Assembly: GCA_963799005.1 (NCBI GenBank)
Contig: CAWCVK010000001.1
Coordinates: 867,691-931,690 of the forward strand
DNA length: 64,000 nt
Source of the DNA: Candidatus Dormiibacterota bacterium
GTDB taxonomy: Bacteria; Chloroflexota; Dormibacteria; Aeolococcales; Aeolococcaceae
Direction of reading: 5' to 3'
Shown here in pieces: positions 28,163 through 38,122 of the stretch. The notes beneath the pieces are model-generated. The model ran no database searches. It had not been told where the DNA came from and was given only the letters and a program-made list of their open reading frames with translations. Position numbers and translations under genes: made by a program. The first letter of the stretch is position 1; every line of letters starts with the position of its first letter.

Positions 28163-29875
28163 GTGCAGCATCCAATCGGCGACCATGCGCTGCTCGCCGA
28201 TTCGAGGACGGCTGCGCTCATCGATCCCGATGGCAATGTCGCATGGCTCTGCTGGCCCTGGATCGATTCCACCCCGTTGCTCTTCTCGATCCTCGACGCC
28301 GGCCGCGGCGGCGGCTTCTCCGTCCGACCGGCGCGTCCCGATGCTCGGGCTGTGTCGCGCCGCTACCACCCGCGCTCGCTGGTGCTCGAGACGGTCTGGG
28401 AGGTTGGTGGCGCGCGGCTGATCGTGGAGGATGCGCTCGGCCTCGGCGCAGGACCGCTGCTGATTCGCGGCCTTCGCGCAGACGGCGATGCCGTGGAAGT
28501 CCTGGTGCACGTCACTGCTCCCGCGTGGCCAGGAACGCCGGCGTCGTTGCGCACCTTCGGCAACGCGGTCGAGCTTGCCGGCGTGAGCCGCGTGGCCGTC
28601 CATGCACCCTCGCGTTGGGAGACGAGGGCAGGCAGCGCGACATGCGAGATGACCGTTCGCCCCGGAGGCGCGGAGGCGGTCACGCTCGGCGCTCCGGACA
28701 TGGAGCACACTGCGGCCTCCATCGAGTCGACGCTCGCCGGCTGGCGGCGAGAGATCCCAGACACCACCGCCTCCATCGACATCGGCCGCCCCGAAACCGC
28801 GCATCTCCTCGTGACCACCGCGGCGGTGCTCGTCGGCCTTCGCCGCCGAGGCGGAGGGATCGTCGCCGCCCCGACGACGTCGCTGCCGCAGTGGCCCGGG
28901 TCGGCACGGACCTGGGATTACCGGTACTGCTGGCTTCGCAACTCGTCGCTGGCGGCGCTCGCGATGCTCCGGCTCGGCCTGGTCGACGCGGCCCGGTCGC
29001 TCGGAGCCTTCGTCGGATCCGTGGTGACCGAGAGCGGACCGGTGCCGCTGGTCCGCGTCGACGGGTCAGCACCGCCCGAGGAGACCGAGATCTCCGAGCT
29101 CACCGGGTACGGCGGGGGCCGTCCGGTCCGGATCGGCAACGCCGCCGCCGGCCAGGCGCAGCTCGACGTACCCGGCGAGGTGATCGAGCTCGCCACGTTG
29201 CTCGATCGGGAACAGGCGCTGCCGGACGAGCTCCGGGCGGCGGTGCCGATCCTCGCCGAATGGCTGGTCGAGCACTGGCGCGAGCCCGACCACGGCATCT
29301 GGGAGATCCGCGGCCGGCCGGCGCGATACACCCATTCCCTGGTCACCGCGGCGAGCGGGCTCGAGGGCGCGGCCGCGCTCGCCGATCAGCGTGCCGTCTC
29401 GGGCGACGCGATCGGCTGGCGGCGGGCCGCGGCGGCGATCGCGGCCAACCTCGGTTCGACCGGCGGCGCGCTGGAGCTCCGCCTCGACGGCGGCGGCGCC
29501 GACGCCGCGCTCGCCCAGACGGCGCTCCTCGACGGGCTCGAAGCATACGAGAGCCGCGTCGACACCACCCTCGACCTCATCGCCGCGCGGCTCGGTCGCG
29601 AGGGACTGGTCGATCGCTACGAGGGACAGTCGGACACGCTCGCGGACCCCAGCGCGCCCTTCGTTTTTCCGACCTTCTGGCTCGCCGCGGCGATGGAGGC
29701 GCGGGGACGCGACGGTTCGCCGTGGCTCGAGGCGGCGCTGGCCACTCGGGGCTTGCTCGGTCTCTTCGGCGAGGTCGCGGACCCGGCGGGCCACTCCCCG
29801 CTCGGCAACTACCCGCAGGTGCAGAGCCACGCCGCGTTCGTGCTCGCCGTGACCGGTCGGAAGGCTCATTCGTAA
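28163..29875 (+). CDS. glycoside hydrolase family 15 (trehalase/glucoamylase-like)
   Basis: PTTSLP, WDYRYCWLR, GIWE, GNYPQ. GTG start 6 nt after TACGCT. Confidence 0.9.
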   Translation: MQHPIGDHALLADSRTAALIDPDGNVAWLCWPWIDSTPLLFSILDAGRGGGFSVRPARPDARAVSRRYHPRSLVLETVWEVGGARLIVEDALGLGAGPLLIRGLRADGDAVEVLVHVTAPAWPGTPASLRTFGNAVELAGVSRVAVHAPSRWETRAGSATCEMTVRPGGAEAVTLGAPDMEHTAASIESTLAGWRREIPDTTASIDIGRPETAHLLVTTAAVLVGLRRRGGGIVAAPTTSLPQWPGSARTWDYRYCWLRNSSLAALAMLRLGLVDAARSLGAFVGSVVTESGPVPLVRVDGSAPPEETEISELTGYGGGRPVRIGNAAAGQAQLDVPGEVIELATLLDREQALPDELRAAVPILAEWLVEHWREPDHGIWEIRGRPARYTHSLVTAASGLEGAAALADQRAVSGDAIGWRRAAAAIAANLGSTGGALELRLDGGGADAALAQTALLDGLEAYESRVDTTLDLIAARLGREGLVDRYEGQSDTLADPSAPFVFPTFWLAAAMEARGRDGSPWLEAALATRGLLGLFGEVADPAGHSPLGNYPQVQSHAAFVLAVTGRKAHS

Positions 29876-29881
29876 AGTCGA

Positions 29882-29947
29882 TCGCACACCGGCGGGAGGG
29901 GCGCCATCCCGGTTAGTCGCACGCCGAGGCGAGGGGCGCGATCCCGG
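29882..29947. repeat. degenerate 31-bp direct repeat (period 35)
   Basis: 29882-29912 vs 29917-29947, about 26/31 identical; spans the stop of the minus-strand gene. Confidence 0.7.
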
Positions 29948-30560
29948 GGCCGTGCACCCCGACCGCCACTCCCCCCGGCACCACCGCGACACACTCGATG
30001 TCCTTGCGCAGGGCGCGAAGCTGGGGGACGATCGCGAAGAGGCGGTCGAGCGACAGACCGGCGTCGATCTGCGAGACAAGGCTTGAGCCGGCGAATCCCG
30101 GTAGCCCCAGCAGCCCGACGTCGACCTCGGGAACCTGAGCCGCGATCACGGGCCCGGACGCCCCCGGCCGCAGGGAGAGGCTGACGTGCGCGACCGCCGT
30201 CGGCGTGAACGGTCCCGCGGAGATGGTTGCGGAGACGACCACCAAGCCGGCTCGGACCCGGACCTGGAGATTCCTGAACTCGTCGGGATGGGGGTTGTTG
30301 GCGATGGCAAGCACCGTGAGGTCCTGCTCGCTCAGCACCACCACGCCGTGGGGAGCCTGGAGCAGCTGTCCCACCATCTGCTCGCCGAGCACCGCCGCGA
30401 TCGTCTGCTCGGTTGCTCCGTGCGCCGGCCCCGCGGGTGGCGCCCCGAGCGTCGGTGCGGCCAGGGCTCGATCGGCGAGAAACACCGACCCGGCCACCGC
30501 GATGAGGAGCAGGGTCAGCCCGAGGCAGCACCCGCGCACCATCCCTCGCTGTGTGGTCAC
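29913..30560 (-). CDS. membrane-anchored hypothetical protein (DUF2993/LmeA-like)
   Basis: N-terminal 'GCCLGLTLLLIAV' anchor; beta-rich body. Confidence 0.65.
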   Translation of the reverse strand: MTTQRGMVRGCCLGLTLLLIAVAGSVFLADRALAAPTLGAPPAGPAHGATEQTIAAVLGEQMVGQLLQAPHGVVVLSEQDLTVLAIANNPHPDEFRNLQVRVRAGLVVVSATISAGPFTPTAVAHVSLSLRPGASGPVIAAQVPEVDVGLLGLPGFAGSSLVSQIDAGLSLDRLFAIVPQLRALRKDIECVAVVPGGVAVGVHGPGIAPLASACD

Positions 30561-30565
30561 GCCTC

Positions 30566-33007
30566 CTATGTTCGCCCGCCGGACTCGATTGCGTGCGTCG
30601 ATGGAGTCGGATGGAGGATCAGCCTGGTCCGAGCGTGGCGGCGCACCTGCTGCGCGCTCCAGTAGAGGGGGAACTGCCGGTTGCTGCGCCAGCGGCGAGA
30701 CAGGTCCCGGTAGTGACGGGACCCAGGCTGCCCGGACTGTCCGGGCAGGTGGATCCCGCCGCTGGCGTCCCAGTCCCCGACGTCGATGACCTGGCGCCAC
30801 GACGGGGCCGAGAGCCGGGTCTCGAAGGGTTCGCCGGGCACATGCGACGTGGCCAGCACGGTGTCGGTGTTGCCGCCGACGCTGATCGAGGGTGCGTTGA
30901 AGAACCAGGCCAGGCCGCGCCGGCGTCCGAACGCGTGGATGAGCTCGAGCCGGTGGACCCGGCCCCACGTCCAGCGACGCGAGTTGCGTCCGTAGCGCGC
31001 CCGGAGGTCGCTCATGGCGTCATCCAGCGACCTCGCCACCACCTCCGCCCAGGTCGTCAGGCCCTCGAACAGGCCGTCGTCTCCGAATTCCCAGCGCTCG
31101 ATCAGCGAGGGGGTCAGCCGGCCGACCAGGTTTCCCGGGTACTGGAAGACCGGGTGGGCCAGGTCGACGCCGGCGAGGATTCGCCACGCGTTGCCGCAGA
31201 CCGGGCTGAGCGAATGCTCGGCGAGCCGGGCCATGAAGGCCTCGTAGATGGTGGGCTCGACGCGGTGCGGATCCATGACCGCGTCCCACTGCGCCAGCCG
31301 GTTGCGCGCGGCCTCGGCACCGGGATGCGCGCAGCGCATCGACGCCAGCAACCGGATCACCTGGCGTGCAGGCGGGCAGACGATGTCCATCTGCGCTCGA
31401 GCCATGAACGCGAGGTCGACCACCGGCGCCGTGAGCAGCTCACCGATCCGGGCCGCGCGGTATCCCGACAGGTAGTCGGTGCCGATGTAGAACGGGAAGC
31501 TCTCGCCGGTGATGCGGTTGTTGGCGGTGATGATCTGCTGCTCGGGGGGGTCGAAGAGCTGCGGGACCTCATCCGGGGTCAGATACCTCGTCCACGTCGC
31601 ATTGCCCGACCAGCCCTGCAGCGGGAGCCCGCTCGGCCGCGCCTTGCGGACCGGAATCCGCCCGCACAGCAGATAGCCGATGTGGCCGTCGACGTCCGCG
31701 TAGACGACATTCTGCGAGGGAGCGTCGAACGAGGCGAAGGCATCCTTGAAGCTCGTCCAGTCGCCGGCGCGCTGGAGGCGGAGGAGGCCCTCGGCGGCGC
31801 CCCCCGGCTGCAGCGCAGTCCACTGCAGCGCGAGCCCGCGCCAGATGGATCGGTCGGAATCCTCGATCCGCTCGACCACGGGACCGTGGCGGGTCACCAC
31901 CACCTCCTCGAGCACGTCGGAAGAACCCTTGACGTGGATGATCTCGCGCAGCCGCCGGACCGGCTCGAATCCGCGCTCGGTGCGGAACCGATCGGCGGCC
32001 GGGGAGTCGAACTCCTCGATCACCAGGTCCTGGCAGTCGGCGAAGGAATTGGTGAATCCCCAGGCGACGCGCTTGTTGTGGCCGATCACCGTGAACGGCA
32101 TGCCGGGCATGGTCACGCCGGTCGACTCGAAGTCCTCTCCGGCGCGGACGTGGGCCGCGTACCAGATCGAAGGCATCCCCGGCACCAGGTGCGGGTCGTT
32201 GCACAGGATCGGCCGGCCCGACGCCGTCCGCTCACCGGAGACGACCCAGGAGTTGCTCATCCCGCCCGCGGTGGGGATCCAGCGAGCGGCTTCGCGAAAC
32301 ATCGTCAGCAACTGCGTCCGCGTCTCGCTGCCTCCGGCCGCGCGGACCGTGCCCGCGAGGATCGTCGGGTTCGCCTCGGGGTAGACGATGTCGAGCCTGG
32401 CCGCGTGCTCGGGACCGATCGCCCGGAGCAGCTCCAGACGCTGCACCTCGGCATCCCAGTTCATGCTCAGCCCAAGCGCGAGCAGCTTGAGCGCGGCAAG
32501 GCTGTGCATCGGCTCCCACGGTTCCGGGGTCACGCCCAGCAGCCGGTACTCGAGAGGGAGTGCCCGGCCGGACTGCGCTATCGCGTTCACGCCGGCGGCG
32601 TACGCCTTGAGCATGCGGCGCGCGTCGGGAGCGAGACGCAGCTCCTCCTCGCGCGCGACCCGATGCAAGCCGACACGACGGATGAAGCGATCGATGTTCA
32701 CGCCGTCGCCGCCGATCACCTCGCTGATCCGCCCGGTCGCCACCCGCCGGGTCACCTCCATCTGCCACAGCCTGTCCTGCGCGTGGACGACCCCGACGGC
32801 GAATGCCGCGTCCTCCATCGAGGTGGCGTTGATGTGGGGCACCCCCCAGCGATCCCTGCCGACGGTGACATCCGCCAGCAGGCCGGCGAGCCCGAGCCTG
32901 CCCCTCACCCGGGGCAGGGACACGCCGAAGGTGCGATGGCGCGCGACCAGCAGAGCGGCGCAGACGACGACCACCAGGGCCGCCACGGCGATGAGTGCAA
33001 TGATCAT
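30566..33007 (-). CDS. penicillin acylase family Ntn-hydrolase (S45)
   Basis: RDRWGVPHI, AQDRLWQME, catalytic SNSW, NDPHL, GQSG. Confidence 0.95.
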   Translation of the reverse strand: MIIALIAVAALVVVVCAALLVARHRTFGVSLPRVRGRLGLAGLLADVTVGRDRWGVPHINATSMEDAAFAVGVVHAQDRLWQMEVTRRVATGRISEVIGGDGVNIDRFIRRVGLHRVAREEELRLAPDARRMLKAYAAGVNAIAQSGRALPLEYRLLGVTPEPWEPMHSLAALKLLALGLSMNWDAEVQRLELLRAIGPEHAARLDIVYPEANPTILAGTVRAAGGSETRTQLLTMFREAARWIPTAGGMSNSWVVSGERTASGRPILCNDPHLVPGMPSIWYAAHVRAGEDFESTGVTMPGMPFTVIGHNKRVAWGFTNSFADCQDLVIEEFDSPAADRFRTERGFEPVRRLREIIHVKGSSDVLEEVVVTRHGPVVERIEDSDRSIWRGLALQWTALQPGGAAEGLLRLQRAGDWTSFKDAFASFDAPSQNVVYADVDGHIGYLLCGRIPVRKARPSGLPLQGWSGNATWTRYLTPDEVPQLFDPPEQQIITANNRITGESFPFYIGTDYLSGYRAARIGELLTAPVVDLAFMARAQMDIVCPPARQVIRLLASMRCAHPGAEAARNRLAQWDAVMDPHRVEPTIYEAFMARLAEHSLSPVCGNAWRILAGVDLAHPVFQYPGNLVGRLTPSLIERWEFGDDGLFEGLTTWAEVVARSLDDAMSDLRARYGRNSRRWTWGRVHRLELIHAFGRRRGLAWFFNAPSISVGGNTDTVLATSHVPGEPFETRLSAPSWRQVIDVGDWDASGGIHLPGQSGQPGSRHYRDLSRRWRSNRQFPLYWSAQQVRRHARTRLILHPTPSTHAIESGGRT

Positions 33008-33044
33008 TTGAAGCGGTCTGGGAACGTACTACACTCGCGAGCCC

Positions 33045-34130
33045 ATGGCCTTGCGAACTCCGCTCCACGACAGGCATGTGGCTGCGGGCGCCCGAATGGT
33101 CGAGTTCGGCGGCTTCGACATGCCGCTCCAGTACACGACCATCCGCGAGGAGCACATCGCGGTGCGGACTCGGTGCGGCCTGTTCGACCTCTCGCACATG
33201 GGCGAGGTCCGGTTCAGCGGCGAGGGCGCGCTCGACGTGGTCCAGCGCCTGGTGACCAACGACGTGGGCCGTCTCGAGGTCGGCGGTGCCCTCTACGGCG
33301 TGATGTGCAACGAGAGCGGCGGGATCGTCGACGACGTGGTCGTCTATCGAGACCCCGGCGGCTACATGGTGGTGATCAACGCGGCCTGCAGGGCGAAGGA
33401 CACCGCCTGGATGCGCGCCCACGGGGGAGATGCATCCTTCGAGGATCTCAGCGACGCGCTCGCGCTCCTGGCCGTGCAGGGTCCTCGGGCGGTGGGCGTG
33501 GTGGCGCGACTCTGTGCCGACGACGTCACCGACGTGCGCCCGTTCCACTTCAGGGACACCCGGGTTGCCGGGGTGCACGCCTCGGTCTCGCGGACCGGCT
33601 ACACGGGTGAGGACGGATTCGAGCTCTACGTCGACGCGCCTGACGCCCCCGGTCTCTGGGACGCGCTCCTCTACGCCGGTGCCGCGGACGGCATGATCCC
33701 ATGCGGTCTCGGCGCGCGCGACACCCTGCGCCTTGAGGCGGGCCTTCGTCTGTACGGGCAGGACATGGACGACAGCGTCGATCCGTACAGCTGCGCCCTG
33801 GGATGGACGGTCAAGCTCCAGAAGGGCGAGTTCATCGGGCGCCCGGCACTGGCCAGGCTCGACCCCGCGCACCCTCCGCGGCGTTTTGTGGGCATCGAGT
33901 TGCAGGGCAGGGCGATCGCCCGGCACGGTCAGAAGGTGCTCGCCGGCGACGAGGCTGCCGGCGAGGTCACCAGCGGGACCTACAGCTTCACGCTCGACCA
34001 CTCGATCGCCACCGCATCATTGGACGGCGGCATCCCGGCGGACGCCGAGCTCTCCGTCGACATCAGGGGCACCGTCGCCGCGGCAACGGTGGTGCCGCTG
34101 CCCTTCTACCGCCGCCCCAAGGGAGCCTGA
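33045..34130 (+). CDS. gcvT: glycine cleavage system aminomethyltransferase T
   Basis: RTPLHD, FDLSHMGE, RTGYTGEDGFE, GLGARDTLRLEAG. Confidence 0.97.
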   Translation: MALRTPLHDRHVAAGARMVEFGGFDMPLQYTTIREEHIAVRTRCGLFDLSHMGEVRFSGEGALDVVQRLVTNDVGRLEVGGALYGVMCNESGGIVDDVVVYRDPGGYMVVINAACRAKDTAWMRAHGGDASFEDLSDALALLAVQGPRAVGVVARLCADDVTDVRPFHFRDTRVAGVHASVSRTGYTGEDGFELYVDAPDAPGLWDALLYAGAADGMIPCGLGARDTLRLEAGLRLYGQDMDDSVDPYSCALGWTVKLQKGEFIGRPALARLDPAHPPRRFVGIELQGRAIARHGQKVLAGDEAAGEVTSGTYSFTLDHSIATASLDGGIPADAELSVDIRGTVAAATVVPLPFYRRPKGA

Positions 34131-34132
34131 AC

Positions 34133-34510
34133 GTGGCCGACCTCTCCAACTACCGGTTCACCCCCAGCCACGAGTGGGTCCGCGTCGAGGGCTCGAAGGC
34201 GACGGTGGGGATCACCGATCACGCCCAGTCGCAGCTGGGTGACGTGATCTTTCTCGAGCTCCCCTCGGTGGGTACCGAGGTGAAGGCGGGCTCGAAGTTC
34301 GGCGCCATCGAGTCGGTGAAGGCCGCGTCCGACCTGTACGCCCCGGTGGGCGGCACCGTGGCGGAGGTGAACGCCGCCCTGACCGACCGCCCCGAGCTGG
34401 TGAACTCCGACCCCTACGGGGAGGGCTGGATGCTCCGCCTCGAGAGCACGGGTGACGACGGCGGTGACCTGCTCGACGAGGCCGGCTACACGAAGCTGGT
34501 CGGCGCCTGA
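34133..34510 (+). CDS. gcvH: glycine cleavage system H protein
   Basis: HEWVR, GITDHAQ, lipoyl motif IESVKAASD, NSDPYGEGW. Confidence 0.97.
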   Translation: MADLSNYRFTPSHEWVRVEGSKATVGITDHAQSQLGDVIFLELPSVGTEVKAGSKFGAIESVKAASDLYAPVGGTVAEVNAALTDRPELVNSDPYGEGWMLRLESTGDDGGDLLDEAGYTKLVGA

Positions 34511-34529
34511 CCTAGACTTTTCTCGACGG

Positions 34530-34606
34530 GGTCAGCTAGCTCAGCTGGTTAGAGCGCGCGGTTCACATCCGCGAGGTCGAGGGTTCGAGTCCCCCGCTGA
34601 CCACCA
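34530..34606 (+). tRNA. tRNA-Val(CAC)
   Basis: Acceptor GGTCAGC/GCTGACC, anticodon arm CGCGG-TTCACAT-CCGCG, TTCGAGT T-loop, encoded CCA; one A.C mismatch in the T-stem; TAGACT -10 upstream. Confidence 0.96.
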
Positions 34607-34686
34607 AGCCGGATCAATCCTGGACAACGGTCATGACGGGAGGCCGGCTCCTTGACAGGGAATCAGCAGACCGTGATCGCCCCGGA

Positions 34687-35622
34687 TCACGTGGATGTTT
34701 TCTTGAAATAGTGACCCTGGTCGAGATCGTCGATGAGCCCCGGCTGAGCCGGCTCCCACCCCATGAGTTCGCGGGTGCGCGCGCTCGAGGCCGGGCTATC
34801 CATTCCGATGAAAGCACCCAGTGGCGCGAAGTGCGTCATGGCGTCGGCGGGATCGATGGCAACCACAGGCACCTCGAGATGGCGCCCGATCACGCCGGCG
34901 ATGTCGCGGAAGGCCACACCCTCGTCCGCAACCGCGTGGAGCGTCGATCCTGCCGGCGCGCTCTCGACCGCCAGACAGAACAGGTGGGCTGAATCGAGCC
35001 GGTGAACAGCGGGCCAGCGGTTGCTCCCGTCACCGACATGGCCGGAAACCCCCTTTTCGCGAGCGATGCGAACGATGGTTGCCATGAAGCCGTTGTCGCC
35101 GTCGCCGTGATTGGTCGGAGACAGCCGCACGATGGACGAGCGGACACCGCGCGACGCGAGCGAGAGCACGAACTCGGCGGTAGCGCGGCGGGTCCCCGGA
35201 CCGCGGTTCCGTGCCGTGATCGGCTCGCTGGAGTCGTGCCCATCTTGTTCGGTAGCCACGCGCCCAGGGGCGAGCCCGAGGGTCCCGGACGCGATGACCA
35301 ATGGTCGATCGGATCCGGCGAGAACCTCGCCGAAGGCCTCCACGGCGCGACGGTCGGCATCGGCGGCGGCCTCGAAGCCGCCGGAGAAGGCGATGTCGTG
35401 CTTGAACGCGAGATGAATCACACCGTCTGACGCCGCAGCCGCCGACCTCAGGATTTCGAGGTCGTCGAGACCGCCACGAGCCACCTCGGCTCCAGCCGCG
35501 GTGAGCGCGGCGGCCGAGCCGTCCGAGCGAGCGAGGCCAGTGACCTGATGACCTGTTTCCAGGAGTTCAGCAACGACGGCGGAGCCGATCCAGCCGGATG
35601 CGCCGGTGATGAAGACATGCAC
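34687..35622 (-). CDS. atypical SDR / NAD-dependent epimerase-dehydratase
   Basis: VFITGASGWIG; WPAVHRLD. Confidence 0.92.
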   Translation of the reverse strand: MHVFITGASGWIGSAVVAELLETGHQVTGLARSDGSAAALTAAGAEVARGGLDDLEILRSAAAASDGVIHLAFKHDIAFSGGFEAAADADRRAVEAFGEVLAGSDRPLVIASGTLGLAPGRVATEQDGHDSSEPITARNRGPGTRRATAEFVLSLASRGVRSSIVRLSPTNHGDGDNGFMATIVRIAREKGVSGHVGDGSNRWPAVHRLDSAHLFCLAVESAPAGSTLHAVADEGVAFRDIAGVIGRHLEVPVVAIDPADAMTHFAPLGAFIGMDSPASSARTRELMGWEPAQPGLIDDLDQGHYFKKTST

Positions 35623-35667
35623 GAGAACACCTCCACTTGCGGACCACTCTCGGTTGGAGGATGGTTG

Positions 35668-35718
35668 ATGTCAGTTACTGTCATCACTGTAGCACGGCAT
35701 GTCAGTCACTGTCATCAC
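35668..35718. promoter_or_regulatory. two TetR operator sites
   Basis: ATGTCAGT(T/C)ACTGTCATCAC at 35668-35687 and 35699-35718, near-palindromic, overlapping the divergent -10 boxes. Confidence 0.8.
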
Positions 35719-35737
35719 CTATCCGTAGAATGGTCGA

Positions 35738-36313
35738 ATGGGACGTTGGGAGCCGGATAGCCGGGGCAGGCTCGAGAAGGCGGCGCTTGCTCTCTTTGGC
35801 GAGCGCGGCTTCGACAACACCACCGTCGCCGAGATCGCGGCCCGGGCGGGGTTGACCGAGCGAACGTTCTTCCGGTACTTCGCCGACAAACGCGAGGTCC
35901 TGTTCGGAGGTGCCGGCGCGCTGCAGGAACTCCTTGTCAGCACCGTCGTTGGCGCGCCTGAGCATGCAGACCCCCTCGATGTTGTCGTCACCGCTTTCGA
36001 GGCGGCGGCCGCCGTGCTCCAGGAGCGACGCGAATTCGCCGTGCAGCGTCAGTTGGTTATCGCCGCAAATACCGAGTTGCGTGAGCGCGAGGTGATCAAG
36101 CTCGCGCTGCTCGCTGCAGCTGTTGCCGGCGCATTGCGCCGGCGCGGCGTGTCAGAAACTGCCGCGTCGCTGACAGCGGATACAGGAATCGCGATCTTCA
36201 GCGCCGCATTTGCGGCATGGATCAACGACACAGAGCATCGGGAGTTTCCGCTGCACATCCGGGAGGCATTCGACGAGCTGCGAGCGGTGACCGGCGGCGC
36301 TACGCGCCGTTAG
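35738..36313 (+). CDS. TetR family regulator
   Basis: TTVAEIAARAGLTERTFFRYFADKREVLF; ATG 6 nt after TAGAAT. Confidence 0.95.
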   Translation: MGRWEPDSRGRLEKAALALFGERGFDNTTVAEIAARAGLTERTFFRYFADKREVLFGGAGALQELLVSTVVGAPEHADPLDVVVTAFEAAAAVLQERREFAVQRQLVIAANTELREREVIKLALLAAAVAGALRRRGVSETAASLTADTGIAIFSAAFAAWINDTEHREFPLHIREAFDELRAVTGGATRR

Positions 36314-36329
36314 GCCCAATTCCGGTCAA

Positions 36330-36923
36330 CTACCACACGAACGGGATCAGCCGCTTCGTCCTCTTGGTGTAGGCCTCGTATCCCGGAAGCTTCCGGCCCA
36401 GCAGTGCTTCCTCGGCCTCGACCCGTCGGTGATACGCGAGACCGAGCAGTCCACCGACAACCTCCACCACCACGAAGCTGCGCGACGTTAGTGCAAATCC
36501 TGTCCAGATCAAGAGCGATCCCGCATACCCAGGGTGGCGGACGAATCGATACGGGCCGCCGTCGATCACACGCTGCGAACGTTCGACGCGCAGCGTGCGC
36601 GAGTAGGAGCTGCCGAGCGTGCGCATCGACCATGCGCGCAGGCCGAGACCGGCCACCTCGAGTCCCACGCCGAGCGGGGCGGCACCCCGCGGCAGTTTGG
36701 GCCTGCGCTTCAGGCGTATCAGTGGCGCCACCACTGCCGCCGTCGCGTACGCGGCGACGATCATTCGCGTCGTTCCTCGGTCATCGCGTGATGCCTTGAG
36801 GCTCGACGCCGCGCCGCGCCCGCGGGTTGACGCCTCGAGGACAAAGAACCCGGCGACGCCGAGATAGCCGGCCACGAACCAGGCGACTCCGCCGCGGGAC
36901 GGTTGCTCGGGCAGATCGCTCAC
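36330..36923 (-). CDS. isoprenylcysteine carboxyl methyltransferase-family membrane protein
   Basis: GPYRFVRHPGYAG; EEALL..GYEAY..RLIPFVW. Confidence 0.9.
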   Translation of the reverse strand: MSDLPEQPSRGGVAWFVAGYLGVAGFFVLEASTRGRGAASSLKASRDDRGTTRMIVAAYATAAVVAPLIRLKRRPKLPRGAAPLGVGLEVAGLGLRAWSMRTLGSSYSRTLRVERSQRVIDGGPYRFVRHPGYAGSLLIWTGFALTSRSFVVVEVVGGLLGLAYHRRVEAEEALLGRKLPGYEAYTKRTKRLIPFVW

Positions 36924-36960
36924 AGCGAGAGCGTGACACCCGGCTGGTACGCTCCGCCGT

Positions 36961-38109
36961 ATGAGTGACGACCGGCCCGTGCTGCTCTTCGGTGAGACGT
37001 ACCACCATCCGGACATCCTGTATCGCACCGGATTCCTCGTCCCCGACCCGGTGGTCGTCGTCGACCGCGGCGGGCCCGACACCGTCCTCTGGACCAGCGC
37101 CCTCGAGGAGGGCCGCGCTCGCAAGCAGGCTTCGGTCGGCGAGGTGCGCAGCATCGTCGAACTGGACATCCCCGCGACGCGCGCGGGTGGCAACGAGCAC
37201 GACGGTTGGGCGGCGCTGCTGGTGGCAGTTTGCCGCGAGCACGGGCTCAGCGCCGTCGACGTCGACGCCGACTTTCCAACCGTGTTCGCCGACCATCTCC
37301 GCCACAGCGATGTCGACGTGCGGCCGCGCACCGACATCTACCAGCAGCGGCGCCGGATCAAGACCGCGCAGGAGCTGGAGTGGATCACCTCCACCGAGAA
37401 CGCCGGCATGGCCGCGCTCCAGAAGGCCATCGACATCATCGCCGCGGCCGGCGTTCGCGATGGTCTGCTCACGCACGAGGGTCGCAACCTCAGCAGCAGG
37501 GACCTGGTCTTCGCCGTCGAGAGCGATCTCCTCGAGAACGGGTGCAGCACCGAGGACTCGATCGCCTGCGGCGGCCCCGAGTCGGCCGACCCCCACCGGG
37601 CGATGAGCGACGTCATTCGCGAGGGCCTGCCGATCGTCCTCGACATCTACCCGTTCGACAAGACCACGCGGTACTGGGGCGACATGACCCGCACCGTGGT
37701 GCGCGGGAGTCCACCGCGCGAAGTGGAGCGCATGTGGGAGGCCGTGCTCGAGGCGCAGCAGGCGGGGCTGGACACCGTCAAGCCGGGAGCCAACGGACGC
37801 GACGTCCATTACGCGTGCTGCGAGGTGTTCAAGAAGCACGGATACGGGTCGCTGGCCAGGCCGTATCGCGATATCCAGAGCGACGCGCGCTTCATCCATG
37901 GAACGGGGCACGGGCTCGGGCTCGAAATCCACGAGTTCCCGCGCGTCAATGAATCGGATGTCGTCCTCGAGGTCGGGGACGTGATCACCGTCGAGCCCGG
38001 GCTGTACGACCCGCGCCTGGGGGGCGTCCGCATCGAGGACCTCGTCGTGGTCACCGAGACCGGGTACCGCAACCTCACCACCCTGCCGAAGACCTTCCGG
38101 CTGGCCTGA
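36961..38109 (+). CDS. Xaa-Pro aminopeptidase (M24)
   Basis: DIYP..GDMTRT, HGTGHGLGLEIHE, TVEPG, GVRIED. Confidence 0.95.
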   Translation: MSDDRPVLLFGETYHHPDILYRTGFLVPDPVVVVDRGGPDTVLWTSALEEGRARKQASVGEVRSIVELDIPATRAGGNEHDGWAALLVAVCREHGLSAVDVDADFPTVFADHLRHSDVDVRPRTDIYQQRRRIKTAQELEWITSTENAGMAALQKAIDIIAAAGVRDGLLTHEGRNLSSRDLVFAVESDLLENGCSTEDSIACGGPESADPHRAMSDVIREGLPIVLDIYPFDKTTRYWGDMTRTVVRGSPPREVERMWEAVLEAQQAGLDTVKPGANGRDVHYACCEVFKKHGYGSLARPYRDIQSDARFIHGTGHGLGLEIHEFPRVNESDVVLEVGDVITVEPGLYDPRLGGVRIEDLVVVTETGYRNLTTLPKTFRLA

Positions 38110-38122
38110 GCGCGGCTCCTGC

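Noticed and set aside
33008-33045. Glycine riboswitch before gcvT
   Set aside because: Only a 37-nt gap, with the -10 just 9 nt from the ATG; no room for an aptamer.
30551-33610. 1019-aa plus-strand ORF and other long antisense or alternate-frame ORFs (e.g. 1648-3009, 32232-34001, 43873-45687, 56792-58531)
   Set aside because: Arg/Gly/Pro-rich shadow frames of real genes in high-GC DNA; no motifs.
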